Shown here one piece after another: positions 1 to 12,115 of a stretch of 64,000 nt of DNA. The notes under the pieces were generated by a model. It was not told where the DNA came from. It made no database searches and was given only the letters and a program-made list of their open reading frames with translations. Origin of the DNA: Trypanosoma brucei (Eukaryota); the NCBI GenBank assembly GCA_000002445.1, contig CH464491.1, positions 128,001 to 192,000 of the forward strand. The letters are read 5' to 3'. The position numbers and the translations under genes were made by a program. Within the stretch, counting starts at the first letter, position 1. Every line of letters starts with the position of its first letter.

Positions 1-625
1 TCTTTGTTTATTAATCACTAGTAAAACACGGTTTCTTATTATTGTGTTGCGTTGTTGTTGTTGTTTTCGTTTTTGGTTGAGTGTTAACGTGGAAATGTGG
101 AAGTTCCGACGGCAGCAGAGAGACGAATGAAAGAAATAATATATGTTCAGATATATGTATATGAAGGTAAAATATCAACCTTACACTGGTGCAATTAATG
201 GAAAACAGAACTAAAAGCAATGCCTAACAATCACCCCAGCCGAAGCAAATCACAAAAAGATGATATTCAAAAAAGAAAAATAACGAATCGAGATGTTAAA
301 CTGAACTCATAAATATTTTTTATATCTTTTTTTTTTTAATTCACAAAAAAAATAATAAAACGGACCTTCGCGCCGCAACACAACCCGCTACTTCCGAGAC
401 ATTACGTGCGCTCAAATAAAATGGGAGACGAGAAATACGCCAAACAACCCGAGATGTATAATATATATGCATATATATATATATTGATGAAGCGAACAGG
501 ACACAACAGCTATGAGGGTATATCTAATATAAAAAGAGATGCAAAAAAAAAAAAAAGAAACAATGATGGTTAAATAGTTCCACACATTTTTAAAGGTGGA
601 CTCCTCCAGTCATCAGATTCATTTT

Positions 626-651
626 GCCTCCTCCTCCTCCTCCTCCTCCTA
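626..651. repeat. (CCT)8 trinucleotide repeat
   Basis: cctcctcctcctcctcctcctcct in the 5'-proximal intergenic region. Confidence 0.9.
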
Positions 652-880
652 CCTTTTCATCCACTCCCCAGTGAAAAAAACTAATAACAAAAAAAAAAGC
701 ATCTGTATTTTCTGTAACAATAAAAAATTATCCAGCCCCTCCCTCCTTCTCTTCTCCTTCAGCCTTCGCCACTAACACAAAACGGTATTTTACCATTCGT
801 ACAAACGGTAAAAAGAATGATATTTGAAAAAAAAATTAAGATTAAAAAAGGACATTTTGTGCGATTGACTGCGAGGCATT

Positions 881-2053
881 TCATTGGAGGCCACTCCTCA
901 ACTTCGCCTCGTCGATGCACCGTTCAAGGGTCACCCGAAGGTCATGTTCCCTGTTAATGCAGCGTTCCAATTGAGTAAAATCCCTACGATACGCCGCCTC
1001 TTGAGCTAACAAAAAGTCCTCAACAGCAGCTGCGGGTACGGGAGGCCCATCCGTTATGCAACATCCGCCTGCCGCATCCTCATCAGTTTGAAGGTTGACA
1101 TTCACGGATGAATAACTGGAGAAATTAATATTCGCCTGCCTCAGAAACATGCACGCCTGTTCCCGCTCAGTTCCCTCTACACCACCCACTGCAGCATCCA
1201 CTTTTAAGAGTGCTGCGACTGTTTCTGCAAGGTAAAGTAAAGCAAGGCGAAGCGCCACACGATGAGAAGAGGCAGCAGAGTTTAAAGGCAAATACGATAA
1301 GAGTGCGAGTGCCAGGTGGCGATCCTCCCGCAACTCAACACGGGCGGCGTCACCGGTAACAATGTGCAACGGAAGCAAATGTTTCTCCATCCATGGAATG
1401 ATATCACGCTCCAGTGCCTCATCTGTCACCGAAGCGCCAGCACAAATCCGACCTTGGAATGTTTCCCCGTCAGTTCCAGCAATACATGGTCCTATCCGTC
1501 GCATAGCATTGCGAATGGTTATGCGGGTGACGCGAAGGATGCTCAAAGGCTCGTTTTCAACGGTACTGCGTGGCAAGCAACTGAGAAGTTGCAGTAGGCA
1601 GTTAAGAATGTTACATCCCTCGTCACAGAGTGCATCCAATGGCGCATATTTCACAACTAAAACGGCCATTCGAAGCAGTGCTCCAATTGCTCGGGGACCC
1701 AACAGCGGGCGGTGCGCGAAACAATCAGCGAGACTCCGAAGGTTTTCTAACGAAATTTGATGCAAGCACGGCGCAGTTCCGGTCCCATCACCTCCCAATT
1801 CATTATATACCTGAAGGACATCCCTGACAGATTTCAGTATCATTTCCTCCATTCCAATAACCGCAGCCCCCGCCACATTGATGCTATTGCTGAGAAATAC
1901 CAATAATTGCGAAGTATGACGAGGCGCCTCTGGAAAACGAAAACCAGCAGAAATTCCACTAGAAAACAATGTGGCGTAAAAACTTCCTCCCGGTTTTCTT
2001 CCGTAAAGCGACGGTCCCTCGGGTGGGAAAGCAGTAACACCACCATTGCTCAT
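881..2053 (-). CDS. Conserved hypothetical protein (~390 aa), no recognisable domain
   Basis: Long ORF with coding-like GC3-rich codon usage. The track start at 2059 is a TTG; the first in-frame ATG is at 2053 (cat at 2051-2053, MSNGGVTAF...). No motif recognised. Confidence 0.6.
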   Translation of the reverse strand: MSNGGVTAFPPEGPSLYGRKPGGSFYATLFSSGISAGFRFPEAPRHTSQLLVFLSNSINVAGAAVIGMEEMILKSVRDVLQVYNELGGDGTGTAPCLHQISLENLRSLADCFAHRPLLGPRAIGALLRMAVLVVKYAPLDALCDEGCNILNCLLQLLSCLPRSTVENEPLSILRVTRITIRNAMRRIGPCIAGTDGETFQGRICAGASVTDEALERDIIPWMEKHLLPLHIVTGDAARVELREDRHLALALLSYLPLNSAASSHRVALRLALLYLAETVAALLKVDAAVGGVEGTEREQACMFLRQANINFSSYSSVNVNLQTDEDAAGGCCITDGPPVPAAAVEDFLLAQEAAYRRDFTQLERCINREHDLRVTLERCIDEAKLRSGLQ

Positions 2054-5000
2054 TTCCAAATAGTTATATAACTCTTCCTATTAGTTTGTTTGTATTGTTT
2101 ATTTCGACACTCCACTCCAAGTTTCAACCCTCGTTACACCGCTTATGGATTATCAAATAGCAGTAAAGATGAAAATGTGGATAAAACAAAACAATAATAA
2201 TAATAGAAAATAATAATGAGATTATAATAAAGGATGGGGAATTTTTTTTTACTTTAGATATGATGGACATTGTGCCAAACAGAGTGTCAGAGAAGAATTC
2301 AAGTGATGTTGTTGGCGAGGCAAATCATTAAAATAAGTGTTGAGGCAAATTCGCATAGAAAAAGAGGAGTTTAGGTTTGAAATGTTTTATTATGCAAATT
2401 ACGCACCACGCATGCGCATATCATCCCCAGCATGTTGATTTCTTTTCTTCTTTCCCATGTGATTTGTCTCATTCCACTTCTTCTGCCACTGCCATTCCGT
2501 TTTGTTTGGTGTTTTTTTTTTCATTTCCTTTTTTAAAAAAAAGAAAACCACTTGTGTCAGTGTGTATAAGTGTGCGCTTATGTGCAAATATACATTAAAT
2601 ACATTATATATATGTATATATATGTATAGGTATGTATATATGTATGTATACGTCATGTGGATTTTGCACGTATGTGATATAGCTGAAACATGTTACATGA
2701 ATCAGAGTATATTCAAATATCACACATATGCTCAACATCACACAACAGACACACACACATATGCGCAAACACACAATGACAAAAAAGAAAAAAAAGACAT
2801 ATACACATATACATATATACTCATTTATATATATGTATATATATATATATATGCGGACAAAAGTTAAAAGAGCAAAGAAACAACAACAAACAAAAAAAAA
2901 CAAAAGTAAGACACATTTATGTCGAAGTATACGGTAACTCATTCCGCACGTCCATGGAAAACATTTTGCAACGGCAAGAGTTAAAAATCCTCGAGACACT
3001 GCTCGTAGAACTCCTTTCATAACTCTCAACCCCTTCGTCATCTCTTCTCCGCATTTAAAACCATTGTGTTGCGAAAAGTAACTGATTAAAAGCAGGGGAC
3101 AAAACAAAAACAAAATCAAAAAAAAACAAACACAAGCTCACGCGTAAGCGCAAAAAAAAAAAAAAAAGACGCTAATATCATACGTCACTCCTTACCTTTG
3201 CTTAGTCCGTGTGTGGACGTTCGTCCCTCCGCTCGTTCTCAAGGCCGCTCAACTTATAATAGTAGCGAAAAAGAAAAATACTTTTAAAAAAAAAAGGCAG
3301 CAAAAAAATGAAAAATAGAGAAATAAAAAAAGAAAACAAGCTCCTTCCTCCTTTTAATCAATCCTTCCGCTGTTGGACCCTAATGAAAAATCGGGCAAAT
3401 GCATATAATAATATAGTGGTAATATATATGTAAATAAATATGAATGTATATATATATATATATATATCATCAGCCTCTACACGGTTACAAAGGAATTAAG
3501 ACTGAGGGAAAAGCCCCCCCAAAAAAAAAAAAGAAACAAATCGAAGCAAAACAAAGCAAAGCGGAAGGTATTTATTTATATTATTAATATTTATATGTAG
3601 CACCAGTATCTGGAGGAGAGGAGGAGGAGGAGGAGAGGAAGAAGAAAAAACAACGTTTCAGCGCCTCCAACAAACCTCCCCCGCAACACAAAACAAAAAA
3701 AACAAAACAAAACAAAAATGAAAGGAAATGAAATGAAAAGAAAAGAAAATGAGGGATAGAGCAAATACAAGACAGCAACAACAACACAGAATTGAGAGAA
3801 ACAGGAAATAAAATAAAAAAGGGGGGAAAATATATTTACAAAAAGAAAAAAAGCAAGAACCCAATCGAGACAAAGACGGTCTCAAACACATCAGTTTATT
3901 ATTAATAAAAATATTCTTCATATCGTCTCCCACTGTTAATATTTAGTTATGTTTGTTTGTTATATTTCCTCAACTTAACCCTTCACGCATACTCTCCTTT
4001 TTCGTCTTTCTTTTTGTTTACTTTCTTTTTTTTTTCTTCTTTCCTTCGTTTCACGAAAACGTATTTTTCCCGTTTCTCTTTCTTTTATTTTTAATATATT
4101 TTTGTCCCCTTTCTCTCTTCTCTAATCCCTCTTTCCTCACGCATACGCGGACGAAAACAAAAAAAAATTAAAAAGGAAAAAAAAGAAAAAAGAAAAAAGA
4201 AAAAGAAACAAATTGGTCACTCTTTTTTTATTTATTTATTTATTTACTTTAGGAACTGCCGCTTCCTCCCTCTTTTGCCTCCATATCCTCTCTCCCGCAA
4301 ATACGCAAAAACATACACGTCTAAATAATATTCAAAACGGAGCGTTGCCTCATTTATTTATTTATTTAAAAATCACTTCACCGTTTGTTCTCTTCATCTT
4401 CTCTGCTTCTATTCACACTATTTGTTCCCTGATATTATTCTCTCACTGCTTTACTCCTCTTTCACTTCTTTTTATTTCCGATTAAATTCCAAACACCATC
4501 ATCATTATTTTCCCTTTTTATTATTTTTTTTTCCTTTTTTTATTTTACTTTTTTTTTAATTTTACGGAAATATAAAGAAAAAGAAGAAAAGGAGGGTAAA
4601 AGAAAGTAGCGACGGTATGACCCATTTAACTAAAAAAAATTTTCCCGTCCTCCTCCTCCTCCCCTGTTTTATTATTTTTTAAAAAAAAAAAAGAATCCAT
4701 TATATTATTGCGGCATCCGCCACACATGCGTAACACCCTCAATTAACAGAAGAGGGGAGGGGGGAAAAAAAAAAAAGAAAAGAAAAAAAAACGAAAACAA
4801 AAAAATTAAACCTACGTAAAGAAAAAAAAAATGAGAATACAAAGAAAAAAAAAGCAAAGCAAAAGCATAAACTGTCAAAAGCAGCAGTAAAACGAAAAGT
4901 AAAAAAAGAAAAAAGAAAAACAACCCCGTACCCGCCAACAGAAACCCCCCCCTTCTGCCCACAGGAAAAAAAAAGCATATAAATCGTGAACTTAAAAAAA

Positions 5001-5180
5001 AGAAAATCACCACACATTCATAAAAAAAAAAAAGATATAAAGAAAAAGAAAAGAAAAACAAATGCTTACAAACAATATAAGAGAAAACAAACAAAAAAAA
5101 GAGAGTTTACAACCGTCGCAAAACGCACAGGTTCTTCTTCTTCAGTTTTCAACCTTTCTTTTCTTTAAAAACATCAAACA

Positions 5181-5338
5181 ATAATAATAATAATAACAGT
5201 AATAGTAATAGTAATAATCAATAATCAATAATCAATGATAGTTATAGCTATATTTATACTTATATATATTTATATCGGTGGTAACAGCAGCAGCAGCAGT
5301 AATAGTAATAGTAATAATAATAATAACAATAATAATCA
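5181..5338. repeat. (AATAAT)/(AGTAAT)/(CAG)n compound microsatellite blocks in intergenic DNA
   Basis: ataataataataataacagtaatagtaatagtaataat ... cagcagcagcagtaatagtaatagtaataataataataac, seen directly. Confidence 0.9.
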
Positions 5339-5923
5339 CACAATAAAGGCAACACAAAATAGAAGAGACGTTAAAAATTAAAAAGTGCCGCATGGGAGGA
5401 AAATATTTTGAAAAAAAAGAAAAAGATATATCCGCGTTCATACGTCACGGCCACTTTTAAAAAAGTTGCAGCAACCCGCCACAGTGCGTGTAAAACTTTG
5501 CGGTCCTCCAACAACGTCCACCACACTGAAAAAAAAAAAACAATCAAGGAAATAAACAATGTGGAAACGAACAAGGAGAAGATGGAAAAAGAAAAAAAGA
5601 GTGGGGGTATATATCGTAAAGGATTGAGCAACAACAAAACGGGAAAAAAAAAAGAAAAAAAGAAAAAGAAAAAAAAAAGATGACCGACATGAATCAGTGG
5701 GGCGATAATTCTTGGTGGCAAACCTGTGTACAAACAAGAAACAAAAAGAAGAAACCCCAATTTCCTTTTTCCCCCTTTCCTAATCTTTTCCCCAACCTCA
5801 TCCTTTACTTCTTTCCATCATTTCCCTCTTTCCTCCTCCTCTTCTTCCTTTCCACACACCACCCCCATACAATTCTACTTCCCAATAGCTGCTGTCACAC
5901 ACACAAATACACATTTCATAATG

Positions 5924-6526
5924 TTAATTCTGCTGCTGCTGCTGCTGCTGTGCGAGAAACATCTGCCGCTGGAAGATATTTTGCATAGCAGCCTGCTGTT
6001 GCATTGTAAACATCATGGCGGATGCACTCATGGCCTTGTAGCTTTCCATAGCCGCCTCCGCATTGGCAAATGCCACCTTTAATCGTTTCCCTGCAATGGG
6101 GTATCCATTCAACCATTGCACAGCATATGTGGCGCTAAAGAAATACATATACTTCACAAAACCATAACCTCGACTCTCTCTTGTAACCTTGTCGTAAATA
6201 ATCTTCACGCTCTCAATGGGACCGAATTGCGCAAACAGTTGGAAAAGCCGGTCCTCGTCCATCATGGGAGGCAAATAATTGACAATAAGGTTTCGCAACG
6301 GTTCCGGTTCCATCGAAAATGAGGGTCTCGGGGCGGCGAATGGAGCTGCCCTCGGAGTTAAACCTCCACTGAGATGTTGTTTCGACCCTTCAGGCGCCTC
6401 GGCTTCATTTGATGGAAGTTGAGGTGCTGATGTCATCGGTGGCGGCATTTGCGTGGAAATAAAAGGAGATGATGTGGATGCGGGCGCTGCCTCCCCTACT
6501 GGGAAGCTTTCACACTCCGGTTCCAT
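5924..6526 (-). CDS. Small RRM-type RNA-binding protein (Pro-rich N-terminus, single RRM, Gln-rich C-terminus)
   Basis: RNP2-like LIVNYLP and RNP1-like RGYGFVKY within NLIVNYLPPMMDEDRLFQLFAQFGPIESVKIIYDKVTRESRGYGFVKY...LKVAFA. The track start at 6541 is GTG; the first ATG is at 6526 (MEPECESF). The position upstream of the SCD6 and ABC genes resembles T. brucei RBP3, from memory and unverified. Confidence 0.8.
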   Translation of the reverse strand: MEPECESFPVGEAAPASTSSPFISTQMPPPMTSAPQLPSNEAEAPEGSKQHLSGGLTPRAAPFAAPRPSFSMEPEPLRNLIVNYLPPMMDEDRLFQLFAQFGPIESVKIIYDKVTRESRGYGFVKYMYFFSATYAVQWLNGYPIAGKRLKVAFANAEAAMESYKAMSASAMMFTMQQQAAMQNIFQRQMFLAQQQQQQQN

Positions 6527-7444
6527 TTGTATTGGTAACACTACTTGCGCAATAAATATTTATCTCTTTTACTTATTTTATTTTATTTTTGTTCTAGTTG
6601 CTTAGCTTAAAAATAATAATAATAATCACAGCGAGAAGAGAGAGCAAATTAAAATAAAGAAATAGCGATAAAAAGAAATAAATGAAGAAAGGGAACAGAC
6701 AGGGTGACGCAAAGATATGTTATTAGCATTACCGCTAGTCTCTACGGTCTGCCACCTGCGCGTACATATATATATATATATATTGGATGTGCTTGTGAAA
6801 ACATATAAACACTTAAGTGTGAAGAAACTCAGGCATGTGTGACGGGGGAAAAAAAAACATAACAGCAAAGCTATAAAACAAATATGCATCACATAGCGAA
6901 TAGCAGCGAGCGTACGAGCAAGAGCTACATGCAAAACGGAAAAATAAAATCAAGCTTCTCGAACGCTTCGACAAAGCAAATGGTGTGAAATACAAAACAA
7001 ACCAAACTAGACTTGACTACATGTCTCGAAAGAAAGTAACACGAACAGTGCCACGCCAATAGTCAAATGCACATTGTGATGATAAATAAACAGTTATTGG
7101 CCCATTCCAGCACATTCACGTTATAAAAATGGAAATGTAAAGGAGAGCACACACGTAATTTTCTCTAAAATTCACTACCGTTCGCCTGTTCAACAAAACA
7201 TCTTTCCAACTCTCTTTCATTTTCCCCCTCGTTCTTTGATGTTCCATTTACTCCTATATTCTACTCCCTGCACGCATGCATTATCGTTTATCCACAACCA
7301 CCACAACTAACATTTTTATCCACAACCATACACCTCAGGTATGAAATCATACTAAAGAACTCACGGCAACTTTCCCTCTTCTTTTTTTTTTTGTGAAGTG
7401 CCACGCCCCTATGAAGACGTCATGCACCTCTTCCAAATCATTTC

Positions 7445-9466
7445 TCACACCTCCGCCCCTGCCTCGAGAGTATCCGATTGCTGCTCTCTGACACTTTGAG
7501 GTAAAGGCAGTCCCACAAGTTGGCAGAAAAGAGGATGCATCCGAACTTCATCAAAACTTCCCTGCGCTACGGCGCGACCCCTCTCCAAGACAACAATGTG
7601 ATCAGCCTTACGTATCATACTAAGTTTATGGGCAAACATAAGTACTGTTCGCTTCTCACTCCCCTTCTTCGCATCCTCAATGAGCCGACTGACGGCTTCA
7701 TGCACCACAATCTCCGACTCACTGTCAAGTGCAGATGTGGCTTCATCAAGGATTAAAATGCCGGGAGAACGCATCAAAGCCCGTGCAATGGCAATGCGTT
7801 GCTTTTGACCACCAGAAAGTGACCGTCCACCCTCGCCAACATAAGTATTGTAACCTTCAGGTAAGGCGGTGACAAACTGGTGGGCATTAGCTTTCGTCGC
7901 GCTCTCAACAACAGATGAATACAGCCACCGATCAACCGCATCATCCCAGTCGTGTCCCTCAGCCCCATATGCAATATTCTGCGCAATTGTCCCCCCAAAT
8001 AATACCGGCTCCTGTCCAACATACCCAACCTTGCTCCGTAACCAGTGGGTGTCAATACTCTTAAGGTCCGTTCCATCCAGAGTTATTGTTCCGTCTGAGT
8101 GTTCGTACAACTTCATCAAAAGCATTGCCAATGAGCTTTTACCAGAACCACTACTCCCCACAATACAGGTACATCGCGAGGGTTTTATCTCTAGGCTGAG
8201 TTTCTCGTACACTGCAACCTCGGGACGTGTCGGATAGGCGAAAGAAACATCAGTTAATTTAATGTTCCAGTGGCACTCAAGAGGAACCATACCTTTCGTT
8301 TGTTCTTGTAACTTTTGTATTTCGTCCGCAGTATCAAGTATGTCATACACTCGTATGCTTGCACCAAATCCTTTGTTGATTTCAGTTGCCAAGTTGGTAA
8401 GACCCATAAGTCCCAGGCCGCAGTAAACCGTGTACAATACAAATGAGAAAAGGACACCGGACGATATCTGGTTCGCAGCCACAAGCATAGACCCCGCCCA
8501 TATGATGCAATACAGCGCACCATACCCCACAAACTGGATCGAACTAACATATGAAGCATTGAAAAACAACATACGCTTGCTTATCTGGAAGACTACATCG
8601 ACCTTCTTTTCGTACCACTTCGATTCTTTAGATTCCATAGCAAAGGCCTTTACAGTGCGGATGTTATTTAGTCGCTCACTTGCGACGCTTCCACTAACGG
8701 CGAGGGCGTCCTGCATTTGGCGCTGCAGTTTGCGAACAAATTTTCCATAAACCCCAGCAAATACGGCCAAAGGGGGGATCATGCCACACACCACACATGT
8801 TAAAGTGGGTGAATAATAGAGCATAATACCAATGCTCCCAAACGTTTGCAGGATGTTCTTACTTCCTTGAGTCACCGCGTCCGTAAGGGACGCGCCAATA
8901 AGGTTACAATCCATGGAAAGGCGTTGTGCAAGTGAGCCAGCGCTGTTTTCTGCCACATCAAAGAATGCTGCCGGTTGTCTAAAAATGGCACGATAGAGTT
9001 GACCGCGCAGACGGGCAATTACACGCTCGCCCGTATAGCCAATACAAGCCAGCCTGGCAAAGTTGGCAACACCGGCAAGTGTAAACCAGCCAAGCAACTG
9101 CATGGATGTCCCCAACGGTAGCTCCCCGTTTCCTGCAAAATCGATAAGTTTCCCAAAAGTCGCCGGGATTGCGAGAGTGGCCAAACTGTAAAACCCAACG
9201 CCAACCACCGCAGCCCCAATGAGTACCGCCTCCTGCCGCACTGTCCGAAGGTACCGCCAAAACGAACCTTTTCGTGTCGACGGCTCCACAACGTAAAGTG
9301 GCGAGAAGCTCCTGCTTGGTCGTTGTGTTGGTGATGCCTCACCGTAATGGTTACGCTGGCGAACACTCGAGGCAAAGCGCTTAACACTAAGCAAAGTTTC
9401 AGGATGATGTGGGTACCACAACAAATGAGCGTGGCGGACCATTTTAGTTATACAACGTGCTGTCAT
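7445..9466 (-). CDS. ABC half-transporter, ABCB family (TMD-NBD), probably mitochondrial
   Basis: Walker A CIVGSSGSGKSS, ABC signature LSGGQKQRIAIARA, Walker B ILILDEATSALD. An N-terminal six-helix TMD sits ahead of the NBD, with a basic Arg-rich N-terminus that looks like a presequence. The track start at 9535 is TTG. The first ATG is at 9466; an alternative ATG is at 9442 (MVRHAHLLW...) if the splice-acceptor AG lies just after 9466. Confidence 0.85.
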   Translation of the reverse strand: MTARCITKMVRHAHLLWYPHHPETLLSVKRFASSVRQRNHYGEASPTQRPSRSFSPLYVVEPSTRKGSFWRYLRTVRQEAVLIGAAVVGVGFYSLATLAIPATFGKLIDFAGNGELPLGTSMQLLGWFTLAGVANFARLACIGYTGERVIARLRGQLYRAIFRQPAAFFDVAENSAGSLAQRLSMDCNLIGASLTDAVTQGSKNILQTFGSIGIMLYYSPTLTCVVCGMIPPLAVFAGVYGKFVRKLQRQMQDALAVSGSVASERLNNIRTVKAFAMESKESKWYEKKVDVVFQISKRMLFFNASYVSSIQFVGYGALYCIIWAGSMLVAANQISSGVLFSFVLYTVYCGLGLMGLTNLATEINKGFGASIRVYDILDTADEIQKLQEQTKGMVPLECHWNIKLTDVSFAYPTRPEVAVYEKLSLEIKPSRCTCIVGSSGSGKSSLAMLLMKLYEHSDGTITLDGTDLKSIDTHWLRSKVGYVGQEPVLFGGTIAQNIAYGAEGHDWDDAVDRWLYSSVVESATKANAHQFVTALPEGYNTYVGEGGRSLSGGQKQRIAIARALMRSPGILILDEATSALDSESEIVVHEAVSRLIEDAKKGSEKRTVLMFAHKLSMIRKADHIVVLERGRAVAQGSFDEVRMHPLFCQLVGLPLPQSVREQQSDTLEAGAEV

Positions 9467-10765
9467 GTGCCGAAGCAAGAAGAAAAGAAAGAAGAAACGG
9501 AGAACGATAAGTATATACATGTGGCATAGTCTCAAGCATATAGAGATCTAGGAACAGGCGCTCATTTGAGCACTCTCCCGCGGAAATACATCCTTGATGC
9601 AAAAGGTCATACACCGCAGGGGACACATATCACAATTTGGCCAACTTCGTATGTTGTTGTTGTTGTTTTTGTTGCCGATCTTCTTCCAGCGAGGTAAGAG
9701 GAAAGAAAGTCCCTCACCTCACCTTCCTCCGCGCAGGGGCAGTATTTAAAATGAGAGTATTTGGCCGGCAAAGTAACCTTTTTCCTTACTTGCTTGTGTG
9801 TTTTCTTCTCTTCTGTCCTCTTCCTCATTTCCTCTTCACGCGTATCATTTTTTTTTCATTTCATTTCCTCTCTTCACGTGGCTAAGAGGAACAGAATATG
9901 TATATGCATATCCCCCACTTCATTCCTTTCCGTCCCTGCTTCTCCCTTGTGATCCTCTCTTTCATTTCTTTCAGCTCCCGCTGTGCCTTCCTAAGTATTT
10001 CTCCTCATTTCTACGTATTATGAAAGACTTTAAAAAAAAAAAAAAGACGCCGCACGCTTCTCCCATCCCTCCCCTCTTCGGGTTTCCCCTCTTCTTTATT
10101 CCCTTCCTCTCTTATTCGTTTCTCTTCTTCTCTCTTTTAATGCCGTTGGGGGTAAATGCAAATATGACACACGGGTAGCTCTTGCTTTGTAGTTGTTGTT
10201 GTTGTTTTCCCCATTGCCTGGTCACTCCACAAGTGGCGGCAAACCACCGACACGAAAAAAAAAGAGAAATTTTTTTTTTTTTAAAAAAGGAAACACGTAG
10301 GTAGGGAGCAGAGCAGTATTCTTTACTAGTGTTTGTTTTCCACAAATATATTCAAGAAGACGAAGAGAAAAAAAGGAGGAGTAATGACTGCTATAGTGGT
10401 GATGATAAAAATAACAAACCTTTTTCTCCTACCCACTTTTTTAAAAAAAATTTTCCCATCCCTTCGAATTTATATTCCGCATTCCTTTTGCCTTAATTGT
10501 CTGCCGTTGTTTTAAACTGTTTATTGTTTGTTTGTTTGCATTCGCCACAGGAAGGAAAAAGTAGGGAGACACATGAAGAAATGGAAAGAGAAAAGAAAAG
10601 AAAAGAGCACCAGCGATGCGAAGACAAACAAACAAAGGCGAGAAGAAACTAAAGAGAAAAAAAGATATAAAGATATAAAAAAACAAATAAATGAATTAAG
10701 TGGATCGGACAATCCAACGGCAAATAAAAAAACACGCACACACAAACACACACACACATATATAT

Positions 10766-10802
10766 AAACAAACAAACAAACAAACAAACAAACAAACAAA
10801 CA
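10766..10802. repeat. (AAAC)9 tetranucleotide microsatellite, adjacent to a (CA)n run
   Basis: aaacaaacaaacaaacaaacaaacaaacaaacaaaca, preceded by cacaaacacacacacacatatatat. Confidence 0.95.
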
Positions 10803-12115
10803 CAAAAAAATGAGGGTGCTTAACAAGAACAGAAGAAGTGGTGGACAAAATTAGAGAAAAAAAGTGGGAGCTCCCCTAACCAAGAGACTTACCATCTACT
10901 CTTCATTCATACGCAGTTCACGGCGAGGACACCGCAGCGCGGTAAGAGGTTGCCAACCAAAGACCCACGGACTAAGAATAGGTTTGAGAATCATACGGGT
11001 GGCAACAGCATTGAACAAGAAAAAAAAAATTTCATAAAGTCATGGCGGAGGGGGGGAATGGGGAGGGAGGACGACAACGGAGGAAAAATGCACACACAGA
11101 CATATACATACTTACAAGTGAGGGGAAAAGTTTGAAAAAAAAAGCCTAAAGCCATAGTAAATGGTGAAGATAAAGGAAGTCAAGAAAAAATGATAAGTGA
11201 TCAATTAAAGATGAGGCACTACAAGGAATTACGCAGCACGTAACACAAAATGTTATCAAACAGCTACATTTACTCTTCCCTCCACAACCTTTTTCCCACA
11301 TCCTTTTCCCCTCAACACGCACCCTCCTCCCCCGCCACCACCCCAAACCTCTTCTCGCTGCCCTCTATCCACCGCAACGGTCAAATCGTGAAAACTAAAG
11401 GTAAATGTTTGGCCTCATCCCGCACGCTTACAGGTAGTTCCTTTCCACAACATGAACCCGCCAAGAGGAATGCTGACTTGTGATAATCAAGTAGGAGGGT
11501 TAATAATTTGATCCACTTCCCTCTACATAAAAACACACACACACAGCCACAACAATTATCCTCTATTCCGCAGCTTGCAGTCCCCCACGTTCCACCTTTT
11601 TTTTTCTCTTTCTTCCTCTCCTTACTTCCTCATCCCCTCATCTTTGGTTCTACCCCGAACCCCTCCGTCCATACGCCGACTTCAAGTAGCCGATTTCTTC
11701 CCGCTATTTTCTTTTAATCCTTAATTACTTTCCTTCCCCCACGCTAACTCCACCTCCCTTCTTTTACACCTTTCTTCCTTTATTTTATTTGCATATTGAC
11801 ATCCTGTTCATTTGCCCTCACCCTCTCTTTTTTTTTTCCTTTTCTTTGTTCTCAGCATTTATCCTGTGAACGTTTTTTTTTGTCCAAATCGGCTTCCATT
11901 CGCACTCGTATTTCCTTTTTTGTCGCTCTCCCCCTTCCCCTTTGTTCCACACGCCTACGAACATGTGAACATGCACACAAACATCCTCTTCTCCTTCTCA
12001 ATCCTTACATCTCCCCTTCTTAGTACATACGCCAAGCCACCGCACAAACTACCCCAAACCACCCACACATATTTCCCTAAGCGGTTATTTCGCAACTCCG
12101 CACCGGACGCCTTTA

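Noticed and set aside
1316-1827. Several 60-130-aa plus-strand ORFs overlapping the 881-2053 minus-strand gene
   Set aside because: They overlap a much longer ORF on the opposite strand. The orientation is opposite to the transcription unit, and the products are low-complexity Ser/Arg-rich translations.
2377-5760. Numerous 60-170-aa ORFs in the track with poly-Phe, poly-Lys or poly-Tyr-Ile products
   Set aside because: They are translations of homopolymer or microsatellite DNA (A/T runs, TA and TATG repeats). Composition is non-protein-like, and several begin at non-ATG codons, since the track accepts TTG/GTG starts.
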